From Mobula hypostoma (Eukaryota): 64,000 nucleotides of DNA. A program made the translations under genes and the position numbers. The notes beneath the pieces are model-generated. The model worked only from the letters and a program-made list of their open reading frames with translations. It searched no databases and was not told where the DNA came from. Location: contig NC_086108.1 of NCBI RefSeq assembly GCF_963921235.1, positions 117,182,001 to 117,246,000 of the forward strand, given 5' to 3'. Position 1 is the stretch's first letter; each line of letters begins with the position of its first letter. Of this stretch, positions 40,921-54,400 are shown piece after piece.

Positions 40921-43900
40921 ACGGGGTGTCAGTGAACCACAGAGTGGACAGGTGGACGGGGTGTCACTGAACCACAGAGTGGACAGGTGGACGGGGAGAC
41001 AGTGAACCACAGAGTGGACAGGTAGACACGGTGTCAGTGAACCACAGAGTGCACAGGTGGACGGGCTGTCAGTGAACCACTGACTGGACAGTTCGACGGG
41101 GTGTCAGTGAACCACAGAGTGGACAGGTGGATACGGTGACAGTGAAGCACAGAGTGGACAGGTGGACGGGGTGTCAGTGAACCACAGAGTGGACAGGTGG
41201 ACACGGTGTCAGTGCACCACAGAGTGGACAGGTGGACACGGTGTCAGTGAACCACAGAGTGGACAGGTGGATGGTGTGTCAGTGAACTACAGAGTGGACA
41301 GGTGGAAACGGTGTCAGTGAACCACAGAGTGGATGTTGGACACGGTGTCAGTGAACCACAGCGTGGACAGGTGGACGGGGTGTCAGTGAACCACAAAGTG
41401 GACAGGTGTGTGGGGTGTCTGTGAACCAGAGAGTGGACAGGTGGACACGGTGACAGTGAACCACAGAGTGGACAGGTGGACACGGTGTCAGTGTACCACA
41501 TAGTGGACAGGTGGACACGGTGTCAGTGAACCACAGAGTGGACAGGTGGACGGGTTTTCAGTGAACCACAGAGTGGACAGGTGGATGGTGTGTCAGTGAA
41601 TCACAGATTGGACAGGTGGATGGTGTGTCAGTGAATCACAGATTGGACAGGTGGACACGGTGTCAGTGAACCACATAGTGGACAGGTGGACACGGAGTCA
41701 GTGAACCCAGAGTCGACAGGTGGACGGGGTGTCAGTGAAACACAGAGTGGACAGGTGGATACGGTGTCAGTGAACCACAGAGTGGACAGGTGGACACGGT
41801 GTCAGTGAACCACAGAGTGGACAGGTGGACACCGTGTGAGTGAACCACAGAGTGGACAGGTGGACACGGTGTCAGTGAACCACCGAGTGGACAGGTGGAC
41901 ACGGTGATAGTGAACCACAGAGTGGACAGGTGGACACGGTGTCAGTGAACCACAGAGTGGACAGGTGGACACGGTGTCAGTGAACCACAGAGTGGACAGG
42001 TGGACACGGTGACAGTGAACCACAGAGTGGACAGGTGGACGGGGTGTCAGTGAACCACAGAGTGGACAGGTGGACGGGAAGTCAGTGAACAACAGAGCAC
42101 ACAGGTGGACACGGTGTCAGTGAACCACAGAGTGGACAGGTGGACACGGTGTCAGTGAACCACAGAGTGGACATGTGGACACGGAGTCAGTGAACCACAG
42201 AGTCGACAGGTGGACGGGGTGTCAGTGAAACACAGATTGGACAGGTGGACACGGTGTCAGTGAACCACAGAGTGGACAGGTGGACACGAAGTCAGTGAAC
42301 CACAGAGTCGACAGGTGGACGGGGTGTCAGTGAAACACAGAGTGGACAGGTGGATACGGTGTCAGTGAACCACAGAGTGGACAGGTGGACACGGTGTCAG
42401 TGATCCACAGAGTGGACAGGTGGACGGGGTGACAGTGTACCACAGAGTGGACAGGTGGACACGGTGTCAGTGTACCACAGAGTGGACAGGTGGACACGGT
42501 GTCAGTGAACCACAGAGTGGACAGGTAGACGGGGTGTCAGTGAACCACAGAGTGCACAGGTGGACACGGTGTCAGTGAACCACAGAGTGGACAGGTGGAC
42601 AAGATGTCAGTGAACCACAGAGTGGACAGGTGGACAGGGTGTCAGTGAACCACAGAGTGCACAGGTGGACGGGGTGTCAGTGAACCAAAGAGTGGACAGG
42701 TGGACGGGGTGTCAGTGAACCAAAGAGCAGACAGGTGGACACGGTGTCAGTGAACCACAGAGTGGACAGGTGGACACGGTGTCAGTGAACCACATAGCGG
42801 ACAGGTGGACGGAGTGTCAGTGAACCACAGCGTGGACAGGTGGACACTGTGTCAGTGAACCACAGAGTGGACAGGTGGACACGATGTCAGTGAACCACAG
42901 AGTAGACAGGTGGACGGGGTGTCAGTGAACCACAGAGTGGACAGGTGGACACGGTGTCAGTGAACCACAGAGTGGACAGGTGGACACGGTGTCAGTGAAC
43001 CACAGAGTGGACAGGTGGACACGGTGTCATTGAACCACATAGTGGACAGGTGGACACGGTGTCAGTGAACCACATAGCGGACAGGTGGACGGAGTGTCAG
43101 TGAACCACAGCGTGGACAGGTGGACACTGTGTCAGTGAACCACAGAGTGGACAGGTGGACACGGTGTCAGTGAACCACAGAGTAGACAGGTGGACGGGGT
43201 GTCAGTGAACCACAGAGTGGACAGGTGGACACGGTGTCAGTGAACCACAGAGTGGACAGGTGGACACGGTGACAGTGAAGCACAGACTGGACAGGTAGAC
43301 GGGGTGTCACTGAACCACAGAGTTGTCAGGTGGACGGGGTGACAGTGAACCACAGAGTGGACAGGTGGACGGGGTGTCAGTGAACCACAGAGTGGACAGG
43401 TGGACACGGTGACAGTGAAGCACAGACTGGACAGGTAGACGGGGTGTCACTGAACCACAGAGTTCTCAGGTGGACGGGGTGACAGTGAACCACAGAGTGG
43501 ACAGGTGGACGGGTTGTCAAGAACCACAGAGTGGACAGGTGGACGGGGTGTCAGTGAACCACAGAGTGGACAGGTGGACACCGTGTCAGTGAACCACAGA
43601 GTGGACAGGTGGACGGGGTGTCAGTGAACCACAGAGTGGACAGGTGGACGGGGTGTCACTGAACCACAGAGTTGTCAGGTGGACGGGGTGACAGTGAACC
43701 ACAGAGTGGACAGGTGGACACGGTGTCAGTGAACCACAGAGTGGACAGGTGGACGGGATGTCAGTGAACCACTGAGTGGACAGTTGGACGGGGTGTAAGT
43801 GAACCACAGAGTGGACAGGTGGACGGGGTGTCAGTGACCCACAGAGTGGACAGGTGGACACGGTGTCAGTGAACCACAGAGTGCACAGGTGGACGGGGTG

Positions 43901-46900
43901 TCAGTGAACCAAAGAGTGGACAGGTGGACGGGGTGTCAGTGAACCACAGAGTGCACAGGTGGACGGGGTGTCAGTGAACCAAAGAGTGGACAGGTGGACA
44001 CGGTGTCAGTGAACCACAGAGTGGACAGGTGGACACGGTGTCAGTGAACCACAGAGTGGACAGGTGGACACGGTGACAGTGAACCACAGAGTGGACAGGT
44101 GGACACGGTGTCAGTGAACCACAGCGTAGAAAGGTGGACGGGGTGTCAGTGAACCACAAAGTGGACAGGTGGACACGGAGTCAGTGAACCACAGAGTGGA
44201 CAGGTGGACGGGGTGTCAGTGAACCACATAGTGGACAGGTGGACACGGAGTCAGTGAACCACAGAGTGGACAGGTGGACGGGGTGTCAGTGAAACACAGA
44301 GTGGACAGGTGGACACGGTGTCAGTGAACCACAGAGTGGACAGGTGGACACGGTGTCAGTGAACCAGAGAGTGGACAGGTGGACACGGTGTTAGTGAACC
44401 ACAGAGTGGACAGGTGGAGTTGGTGTCATTGAACCACAGAGTGGACAGGTGGACGGGGTGTCTGTGAACCACAGAGTGGACAGGTGGACACGGTGTTAGT
44501 GAACCACAGAGTGGACAGGTGGACGGGTTGTCAGTGAACCACAGAGTGGACAGGTGGACACGGTGTCAGTGCACCACAGAGTGGACAGGTGGACACGGTG
44601 ACAGTGAACCACAAAGTGGACAGGTGGACGGGGAGTCAGTGAACAACGGAGCAGACAGGTGGACACGGTGTCAGTGAACCACAGAGTGGACAGGTGGAAA
44701 CGGTGTCAGTGAACCACAGAGTGGATGTTGGACACGGTGTCAGTGAACCACAGCGTGGACAGGTGGACGGGTTGTCAGTGAACCACAAAGTGGACAGGTG
44801 GATGGGGTGTCTGTGAACCAGAGAGTGGACAGGTGGACACGGTGTCAGTGAACCACATAGTGGACAGGTGGACACAGTGTCAGTGAACCACAGAGTGGAC
44901 AGGTGGACGGGTTGTCAGTGAACCACAGAGTGGACAGGTGGACACGGTGTCAGTGCACCACAGAGTGGACAGGTGGACACGGTGTTTGTTAACCACAGAG
45001 TGGACAGGTGGACACGGTGACAGTGAACCACAGAGTGGACAGGTGGACACGGTGACAGTGAACCACAAAGCGGACAGGTGGACACGGTGTCAGTGAAACA
45101 CAGAGTGGACAGGTGGACACGGTGTCAGTGAACCACAGAGTGGACAGGTGGACAGGGTGTCAGTGAACCACAGAGTGGACAGGTGGACACGGTGTCAGTG
45201 AACCACAGAGTGGACAGGTGGACGGGGTGTCAGTGTACCACAGCGTGGACAGGTGGACGGGGTGTCAGTGAACCACAGAGTGGACAGGTGGACGGGGTGT
45301 CAGTGAACCACAGAGTGCACAGGTGGACGGGGTGTCAGTGAACCACAGAGTGCACAGGTGGACACGGTGACAGTGAACCACAGAGCGGACAGGTGGACAC
45401 GGTGACAGTGAACCACAGAGCGGACAGGTGGACACGGTGTCAGTGAACCACATAGTGGACAGGTGGACACGGTGTCAGTGAACCACAGAGTGGACAGGTG
45501 GACACGGTGTCAGTGAACCACAGAGTGGACAGGTGGACACGGTGTCAGTGAACCACACAGTAGACAGGTGGACGGGGTGTCAGTGAACCACAGAGTGGAC
45601 AGGTGGACGGGGTGTCAGTGAACCACAGAGTGGACAGGTGGACGGGGTGTCAGTGAACCAAAGAGTGGACAAGTGGACACGGTGTCAGTGAACAACAGAG
45701 TAGAAAGGTGGACGGGGTGTCAGTGAACCACAGAGTGGACAGGTGGACGGGGTGTCACTGAACCACAGAGTGGACAGGTGGACGGGGAGACAGTGAACCA
45801 CAGAGTGGACAGGTAGACACGGTATCAGTGAACCACAGAGTGCACAGGTGGACGGGCTGTCAGTGAACCACTGATTGGACAGTTCGACGGGGTGTCAGTG
45901 AAGCACAGAGTGGACAGGTGGATACGGTGACAGTGAAGCACAGAGTGGACAGGTGGACGGGGTGTCAGTGAACCACAGAGTGGACAGGTGGACACGGTGT
46001 CAGTGCACCACAGAGTGGACAGGTGGACACGGTGTCAGTGAACCACAGAGTGGACAGGTGGATGGTGTGTCAGTGAACTACAGAGTGGACAGGTGGAAAC
46101 AGTGTCAGTGAACCACAGAGTGGATGTTGGACACGGTGTCAGTGAACCACAGCGTGGACAGGTGGACGGGGTGTCAGTGAACCACAAAGTGGACAGGTGG
46201 ATGGGGTGTCTGTGAACCAGAGAGTGGACAGGTGGACACGGTGACAGTGAACCACAGAGTGGACAGGTGGACACGGTGTCAGTGTACCACATAGTGGACA
46301 GGTGGACACGGTGTCAGTGAACCACAGAGTGGACAGGTGGACGGGTTTTCAGTGAACCACAGAGTGAACAGGTGGATGGTGTGTCAGTGAATCACAGATT
46401 GGACAGGTGGATGGTGTGTCAGTGAATCACAGATTGGACAGGTGGACACGGTGTCAGTGAACCACATAGTGGACAGGTGGACACGGAGTCAGTGAACCCA
46501 GAGTCGACAGGTGGACGGGGTGTCAGTGAAACACAGAGTGGACAGGTGGATACGGTGTCAGTGAACCACAGAGTGGACAGGTGGACACGGTGTCAGTGAA
46601 CCACAGAGTGGACAGGTGGACGGGGTGTCAGTGAACCACAGAGTGGACAGGTGGACGGGGTGTCAGTGAACCACAGAGTGGACAGGTGGACGGGGTGTCA
46701 GTGAACCACAGAGTGGACAGGTGGACACGCTGATAGTGAACCACAGAGTGGACAGGTGGACACCGTGTCAGTGAACCACAGAGTGGACAGGTGGACACGG
46801 TGTCAGTGAACCACCGAGTGGACAGGTGGACACGGTGATAGTGAACCACAGAGTGGACAGGTGGACACGGTGTCAGTGAACCACAGAGTGGACAGGTGGA

Positions 46901-48950
46901 CACGGTGTCAGTGAACCACAGAGTGGACAGGTGGACACGGTGACAGTGAACCACAGAGTGGACAGGTGGACGGGGTGTCAGTGAACCACAGAGTGGACAG
47001 GTGGACGGGAAGTCAGTGAACAACAGAGCAGACAGGTGGACACGGTGTCAGTGAACCACAGAGTGGACAGGTGGACACGGTGTCAGTGAACCACAGAGTG
47101 GACAGGTGGACACGGAGTCAGTGAACCACAGAGTCGACAGTTGGACGGGGTGTCAGTGAAACACAGATTGGACAGGTGGACACGGTGTCAGTGAACCACA
47201 GAGTGGACAGGTGGACACGAAGTCAGTGAACCACAGAGTCGACAGGTGGACGGGGTGTCAGTGAAACACAGAGTGGACAGGTGGATACGGTGTCAGTGAA
47301 CCACAGAGTGGACAGGTGGACACGGTGTCAGTGAACCACAGAGTGGACAGGTGGACGGGGTGACAGTGTACCACAGAGTGGACAGGTGGACACGGTGTCA
47401 GTGAACCACAGAGTGGACAGGTGGACGGGGTGACAGTGTACCACAGAGTGGACAGGTGGACACGGTGTCAGTGAACCACAGAGTGGACAGGTGGACGGGG
47501 TGTCAGTGAACCACAGAGTGGACAGGTAGACGGGGTGTCAGTGAACCACAGAGTGGACAGGTGGACACGGTGTCAGTGAACCACAGAGTGGACAGGTGGA
47601 CACGGTGTCAGTGAACCACAGAGTGGACAGGTGGACAGGGTGTCAGTGAACCACAGAGTGCACAGGTGGACGGGGTGTCAGTGAACCAAAGAGTGGACAG
47701 GTGGACGGGGTGTCAGTGAACCAAAGAGTGGACAGGTGGACACGGTGTCAGTGAACCACAGAGTGGACAGGTGGACACGGTGTCAGTGAACCACAGAGTG
47801 GACAGGTGGACAGGGTGTCAGTGAACCACAGAGTGCACAGGTGGACGGGGTGTCAGTGAACCAAAGAGTGGACAGGTGGACGGGGTGTCAGTGAACCAAA
47901 GAGTAGACAGGTGGACACGGTGTCAGTGAACCACAGAGTAGACAGGTGGACACTGTGTCAGTGAACCACAGAGTGGACAGGTGGACATGGTGACAGTGAA
48001 CCACAGAGTGGACAGGTAGACGGGGTGTCAGTGAACCACAGAGTGGACAGGTGGACACGGTGTCAATGAACCACAGAGTGGACAGGTAGACACGGTGTCA
48101 GTGAACCACAGAGTGGACAGGTGGACACTGTGTCAGTGAACCACAGAGTGGACAGGTGGACACGTTGTCAGTGAACCACATAGCGGACAGGTGGACGGAG
48201 TGTCAGTGAACCACAGAGTGGACAGGTGGACACGGTGTCAGTGAACCACAGAGTAGACAGGTGGACGGGGTGTCAGTGAACCACAGAGTGGACAGGTGGA
48301 CACGGTGATAGTGAACCACAGAGTGGACAGGTGGACACGGTGACAGTGAACCACAGAGTGGACAGGTGGACACGGTGTCAGTGAACCACAGAGTGGACAG
48401 GTGGACACGGTGACAGTGAAGCACAGACTGGACAGGTAGACGGGGTGTCACTGAACCACAGAGTTGTCAGGTGGACGGGGTGACAGTGAACCACAGAGTG
48501 GACAGGTGGACACCGTGTCAGTGAACCACAGAGTGAACAGGTGGACGGGGTGTCAGTGAACCACAGAGTGGACAGGTGGACGGGGTGTCACTGAACCACA
48601 GAGTTGTCAGGTGGACGGGGTGACAGTGAACCACAGAGTGGACAGGTGGACACGGTGTCAGTGAACCACAGAGTGGACAGGTGGACGGGATGTCAGTGAA
48701 CCACTGAGTGGACAGTTGGACGGGGTGTAAGTGAACCACAGAGTGGACAGGTGGACACGGTGACAGTGAACCACAGAGTGGACAGGTGGACACGGTGTCA
48801 GTGAACCACAGAGTGCACAGGTGGACGGGGTGTCAGTGAACCAAAGAGTGGACAGGTGGACGGGGTGTCAGTGAACCACAGAGTGCACAGGTGGACGGGG
48901 TGTCAGTGAACCAAAGAGTGGACAGGTGGACACGGTGTCAGTGAACCACA
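40500..48950 (+). repeat. Higher-order duplication, offset ~4.5-4.9 kb (130-141 monomers), with a partial third copy at ~32700-34750
   Basis: ORF pairs 40719/45265 (4546 bp), 41244/46035 (4791) and 43586/48518 (4932). Shared markers: GAACTACAG (33132, 41284, 46076), GGGTTTTCAG, paired GAATCACAGATTGG, and the 34-bp GAACCCAGAGTCGAC (~33517, ~41703, ~46494). Confidence 0.8.
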
Positions 48951-51419
48951 GAGTGGACAGGTGGACGGGGTGTCACTGAACCACAGAGTGGACAGGTGGA
49001 CGGGGTGTCAGTGAACCACAGAGTGAACAGGTGGACACGGTGTCAGTGAACCACAGAGTGGACAGGTGGACACGGTGTCAGTGAATCACAGAGTGGACAG
49101 GTGGACGGGGTGTCAGTGAACCACAGAGTGGACAGTTGGACACGGTGTCAGTGAATCACAGAGTGGACAGGTGGATGGTGTGTCAGTGAACCACAGAGTG
49201 GACAGGTGGATGGGCTGTCAGTGATCCACAGAGTGGACAGGTGGACACGGTGTCAGTGAACCACAAAATGGACAGGTGGACACGGTGTCAGTGAACCACA
49301 GCGTGGACAGGTGGACGGGGTGTCAGTGTATCACAGAGTGGACAGGTGGACGGGGTGTCAGTGAACCACAGAGTGGACAGGTGGACGGGGTGTCAGTGAA
49401 CCACAGAGTGGACAGGTGGACGGGTTGTCAAGAACCACAGAGTGGACAGGTGGACACGGTGTCAGTGCACCAGAGAGTGGACAGGTGGACACGGTGTTTG
49501 TGAACCACAGAGTGGACAGGTGGACACGGTGTCAGTGAACCACAGAGTGGACAGGTGGACGGGGTGTCAGTGAACCACAGAGTGGACAGGTGGACACGGT
49601 GTCAGTGAACCACAGAGTGGACAGGCGGACGGGGTGACAGTGAACCACAGAGTGGACAGGTGGACACGGTGTCAGTGAACCACAGAATGGACAGGTGGAC
49701 GGGGTGTCAGTGAACCACAGAGTGGACAGGTGGACACGGTGTCAGTGAACCACAGAGTGGACAGGTGGACACGGTGACAGTGAACCACAGAGTGGACAGG
49801 TGGACACGGTGTCAGTGAACCACAGAGTGGACAGGTGGACACGGTGTCAGTGAACCACAGAGTGGACAGGTGGACACGGTGTCAGTGAACCACAGAGTGG
49901 ACAGGTGGACACGGTGTCAGTGAACCAAAGAGTGGACAGGTGGACACGGTGTCAGTGAACCACAGCGTGGACAGGTGGACGGGGTGTCAATGAACCACAG
50001 AGTGGACAGGTGGACACGGTTTAAGTGAACTACAGAGTGGACAGGTGGACGGGGTGTCAGTGAACCACAGAGTGGACAGGTGGACGGGTTGTCAAGAACC
50101 ACAGAGTGGACAGGTGGACACGGTGTCAGTGAACCACAGAGTGGACAGGTGGACAGGGTGTCAGTGTATCACAGAGTGGACAGGTGGACGGGGGGTCAGT
50201 GAACCACAGAGTGGACAGGTGGACACGGTGTCAGTGAACCACAGAGTGGACAGGTGGACGGGCTGTCAGTGAACCACAGAGTGGACAGGTGGACGGGTTG
50301 TCAAGAACCACAGAGTGGACAGGTGGACGGGGTGTCTGTGAACCACAGAGTGGAAAGGGGGACACGGTGTTAGTGAACCACAGAGTGGACAGGTGGACGG
50401 GGTGTCAGTTAACCACAGAGTGGACAGGTGGACACGGTGTCAGTGCACCACAGAGTGGACAGGTGGACACGGTACAGAGTGGACAGGTGGACACGGTGAC
50501 AGTGAACCACAGAGTGGACAGGAGGACACGGTGTCAGTGAACCACAGAGTGGACAGGTGGACGGGGTGTCAGTGAACCACAGAGTGGACAGGTGGACGGG
50601 GTGTCAGGGAACCACAGAGTGGACAGGTGGACGGGGTGTCAGTGAACCACAGAGTGAACAGGTGGACACGGTGTCAGTGAACCACAGACTGGACAGGTGG
50701 ACACGGTGTCAGTGAACCACAGAGTGGACAGGTGGACGGGGTGTCAGTGAACCACAGAGTGGACAGGTGGACACGGTGTCAGTGAATCACAGAGTGGACA
50801 GGTGGACACGGTTTAAGTGAACCACAGAGTAGACAGGTGGACGGGCTGTCAGTGAACCAAAGAGTGGACAGGTGGATGGGTTGTCAAGAACCACAGAGTG
50901 GACAGGTGGACGGGGTGTCTGTGAACCACAGAGTGGACAGGTGGACACGGTGTTAGTGAACCACAGAGTGGACAGGTGGACGGGGTGTCAGTGAACCACA
51001 GAGTGGACAGGTGGACACGGTGTCAGTGCACCAGAGAGTGGACAGGTGGACACGGTATAGAGTGGACATGTGGACACGGTGACAGTGAACCACAGAGTGG
51101 ACAGGAGGACACGGTGTCAGTGAACCACAGAGTGGACAGGTGGACGGGGTCTCAGTGAACCACAGTGTGGACAGGTGGACGGGGTGTCAGTGAACCACAG
51201 AGTGGACAGGTGGACGGGGTGTCAGTGAACCACAGAGTGGACAGGTGGACAGGGTGTCAGTGAACCACAGAGTGGACAGGTGGACGGGGTGTCAGTGAAC
51301 CACAGAGTGGACAGGTGGATGGTGTGTCAGTGAACCCACAGAGTGGACAGGTGGACACGGTGTCAGTGAACCACAGAGTGGACAGGTGGATGGTGTGTCA
51401 GTGAACCACAGAGTGGACA

Positions 51420-54400
51420 GGTGGACACGGTGTCAGTGAACCACAGCGTGGACAGGTGGACACGGTGTCAGTGAACCACAGAGTGGACAGGTGGACGGGG
51501 AGTCAGTAAACCACAGAGTGGACAGGTGGATGGTGTGTCAGTGAACCACAGAGTGGACAGGTTGAAACGGTGTCAGTGAACCACAAAGTGGACAGGTGGA
51601 CACGGTGTCAGTGGACCACAGAGTGGACAGGTGGATGGTGTGTCATTGAACCACAGAGTGGACAGGTGGAAACGGTGTCAGTGAACCACAGAGTGGACAG
51701 GTGGACACGGTGTCAGTGAACCACATAGTGGACAGGTGGACACGGTGTCAGTGAACCACAGAGTGGACAGGTGGACACGTTGACAGTGAACCACAGAGTA
51801 GACAGGTGGACGGGGTGTCAGTGAACCACAGAGTGGACAGGTGGATACGATGTCAGTGAACCACAGAGTGGACAGGTGGACGGGGTGTCTGTGAACCACA
51901 GAGTGGACAGGTGGACAGGGTGTCAGTGAACCACAGAGTGGACAGGTGGACACGGTGTCAGTGAACCACAGAGTGGACAGGTGGACACGGTGTCAGTGAA
52001 CCACAGAGTGGACAGGTGGACACGGTGACAGTGAACCACAGAGTGAACAGGTGGACACGGTGTCAGTGAACCACAGAGTGGACAGGTGGACACGGTGTCA
52101 GTGAACCACAGAGTGGACAGGTGGACACGGTGACAGTGAACCACAGAGTGGACAGGTGGACACGGTGTCAGTGAACCACAGAGTGGACAGGTGGACACGG
52201 TGACAGTGAACCACAGAGTGGACAAGTGGACGGGGTGTCAGTGAACCACAGAGTGGACAGGTGGACGGGGTGACAGTGAACCACAGAGTGGACAGGTGGA
52301 CGGGGTGACAGTGAACCACAGAGTGGACAGGTGGACGGGGTGTCAGTGAACCACAGAGTGGACAGGAGGACACGGTGTCAGTGAACCACAGAGTGGACAG
52401 GTGGACACGGTGTGAGTGAACCACAGAGTAGACAGGTGGACACGGTGACAGAGAACCACAGAGTGGACAGGTGGACGGGGTGTCAGTGAACCACAGAGTG
52501 GACAGGTGGACACGGTGTGAGTGAACCACAGAGTAGACAGGTGGACACGGTGACAGAGAACCACAGAGTGGACAGGTGGACATGGTGACAGTGAACCACA
52601 GAGTGCACAGGTGGACACGGTGTCAGTGAACCACAGAGTGGACAGGTGGACACGGTGACAGTGAACCACAGAGTGGACAGGTGGACACGGTGACAGTGAA
52701 CCACAGAGTGCACAGGTGGACACGGTGTCAGTGAACCACAGAGTGGACAGGTGGACACGGTGACAGTGAACCACAGAGTGGACAGGTGGACGGGGTGTCA
52801 GTGAACCACAGAGTGGACAGGTGGACACGGTGACAGTGAACCACAGAGTGGACAAGTGGACGGGTTGTCAGTGAACCACAGAGTGGACAGGTGGACGGGG
52901 TGTCAGTGAACCACAGAGTGGACAGGTGGACGGGGTGTCAGTGAACCACAGAGTGGACAGGTGGACACGGTGACAGTGAACCACAGAGTGGACAAGTGGA
53001 CGGGTTGTCAGTGAACCACAGAGTGGACAGGTGGACGGGGTGTCAGTGAACCACAGAGTGGACAGGTGGACGGGGTGTCAGTGAACCACAGAGTGGACAG
53101 GTGGACACGGTGTCAGTGAACCACAGAGTGGACAGGTGGACACGGTGTGAGTGAACCACAGAGTGGACAGGTGGATGGGTTGACAGTGAATCACAGAGTG
53201 GACAGGTGGACGGGGTGTCAGTGAACCACAGAGCGGACAGGGCGACACGGTCTCAGTGAACCACAGAGTGGAGAGGTGGACGGGGTGTCAGTGAACCACA
53301 GAGTGGACAGGTGGACACGGTGTCAGTGAATCACAGAGTGGACAGGTGGACGGGGTGTCAGTGAACCACAGAGTGGACAGTTGGACACGGTGTCAGTGAA
53401 TCACAGAGTGGACAGGTGGACACGGTGTCAGTGAACCACAGAGTGGACAGGTGGACACGGTGTCAGTGAACCACAGAGTGGACAGGTGGATGGTGTGTCA
53501 GTGAACCACAGAGTGGACAGGTGGATGGGCTGTCAGTGATCCACAGAGTGGACAGGTGGACACGGTGTCAGTGAACCACAAAATGGACAGGTGGACACGG
53601 TGTCAGTGAACCACAAAGTGGACAGGTGGACGGGGTGTCAGTGTATCACAGAGTGGACAGGTGGACGGGGTGTCAGTGAACCACAGAGTGGACAGGTGGA
53701 CGGGTTGTCAAGAACCACAGAGTGGACAGGTGGACACGGTGTCAGTGCACCAGAGAGTGGACAGGTGGACACGGTGTTTGTGAACCACAGAGTGGACAGG
53801 TGGACACGGTGTCAGTGAACCACAGAGTGGACAGGTGGACATGGTGACAGTGAACCACAGAGTGGACAGGCGGACGGGGTGACAGTGAACCACAGAGTGG
53901 ACAGGTGGACTCGGTGTCAGTGAACCACAGAGTGGACAGGTGGACGGGGTGTCAGTGAACCACAGAGTGGACAGGTGGACGGGTTGTCAAGAACCACAGA
54001 GTGGACAGGTGGACACGGTGTCAGTGCACCAGAGAGTGGACAGGTGGACACGGTGTTTGTGAACCACAGAGTGGACAGGTGGACACGGTGTCAGTGAACC
54101 ACAGAGTGGACAGGTGGACATGGTGACAGTGAACCACAGAGTGGACAGGCGGACGGGGTGACAGTGAACCACAGAGTGGACAGGTGGACTCGGTGTCAGT
54201 GAACCACAGAGTGGACAGGTGGACGGGGTGTCAGTGAACCACAGAGTGGACAGGTGGACACGGTGTCAGTGAACCACAGAGTGGACAGGTGGACACGGTG
54301 ACAGTGAACCACAGAGTGGACAGGTGGACACGGTGTCAGTGAACCAAAGAGTGGACAGGTGGACACGGTGTCAGTGAACCACAGCGTGGACAGGTGGACG

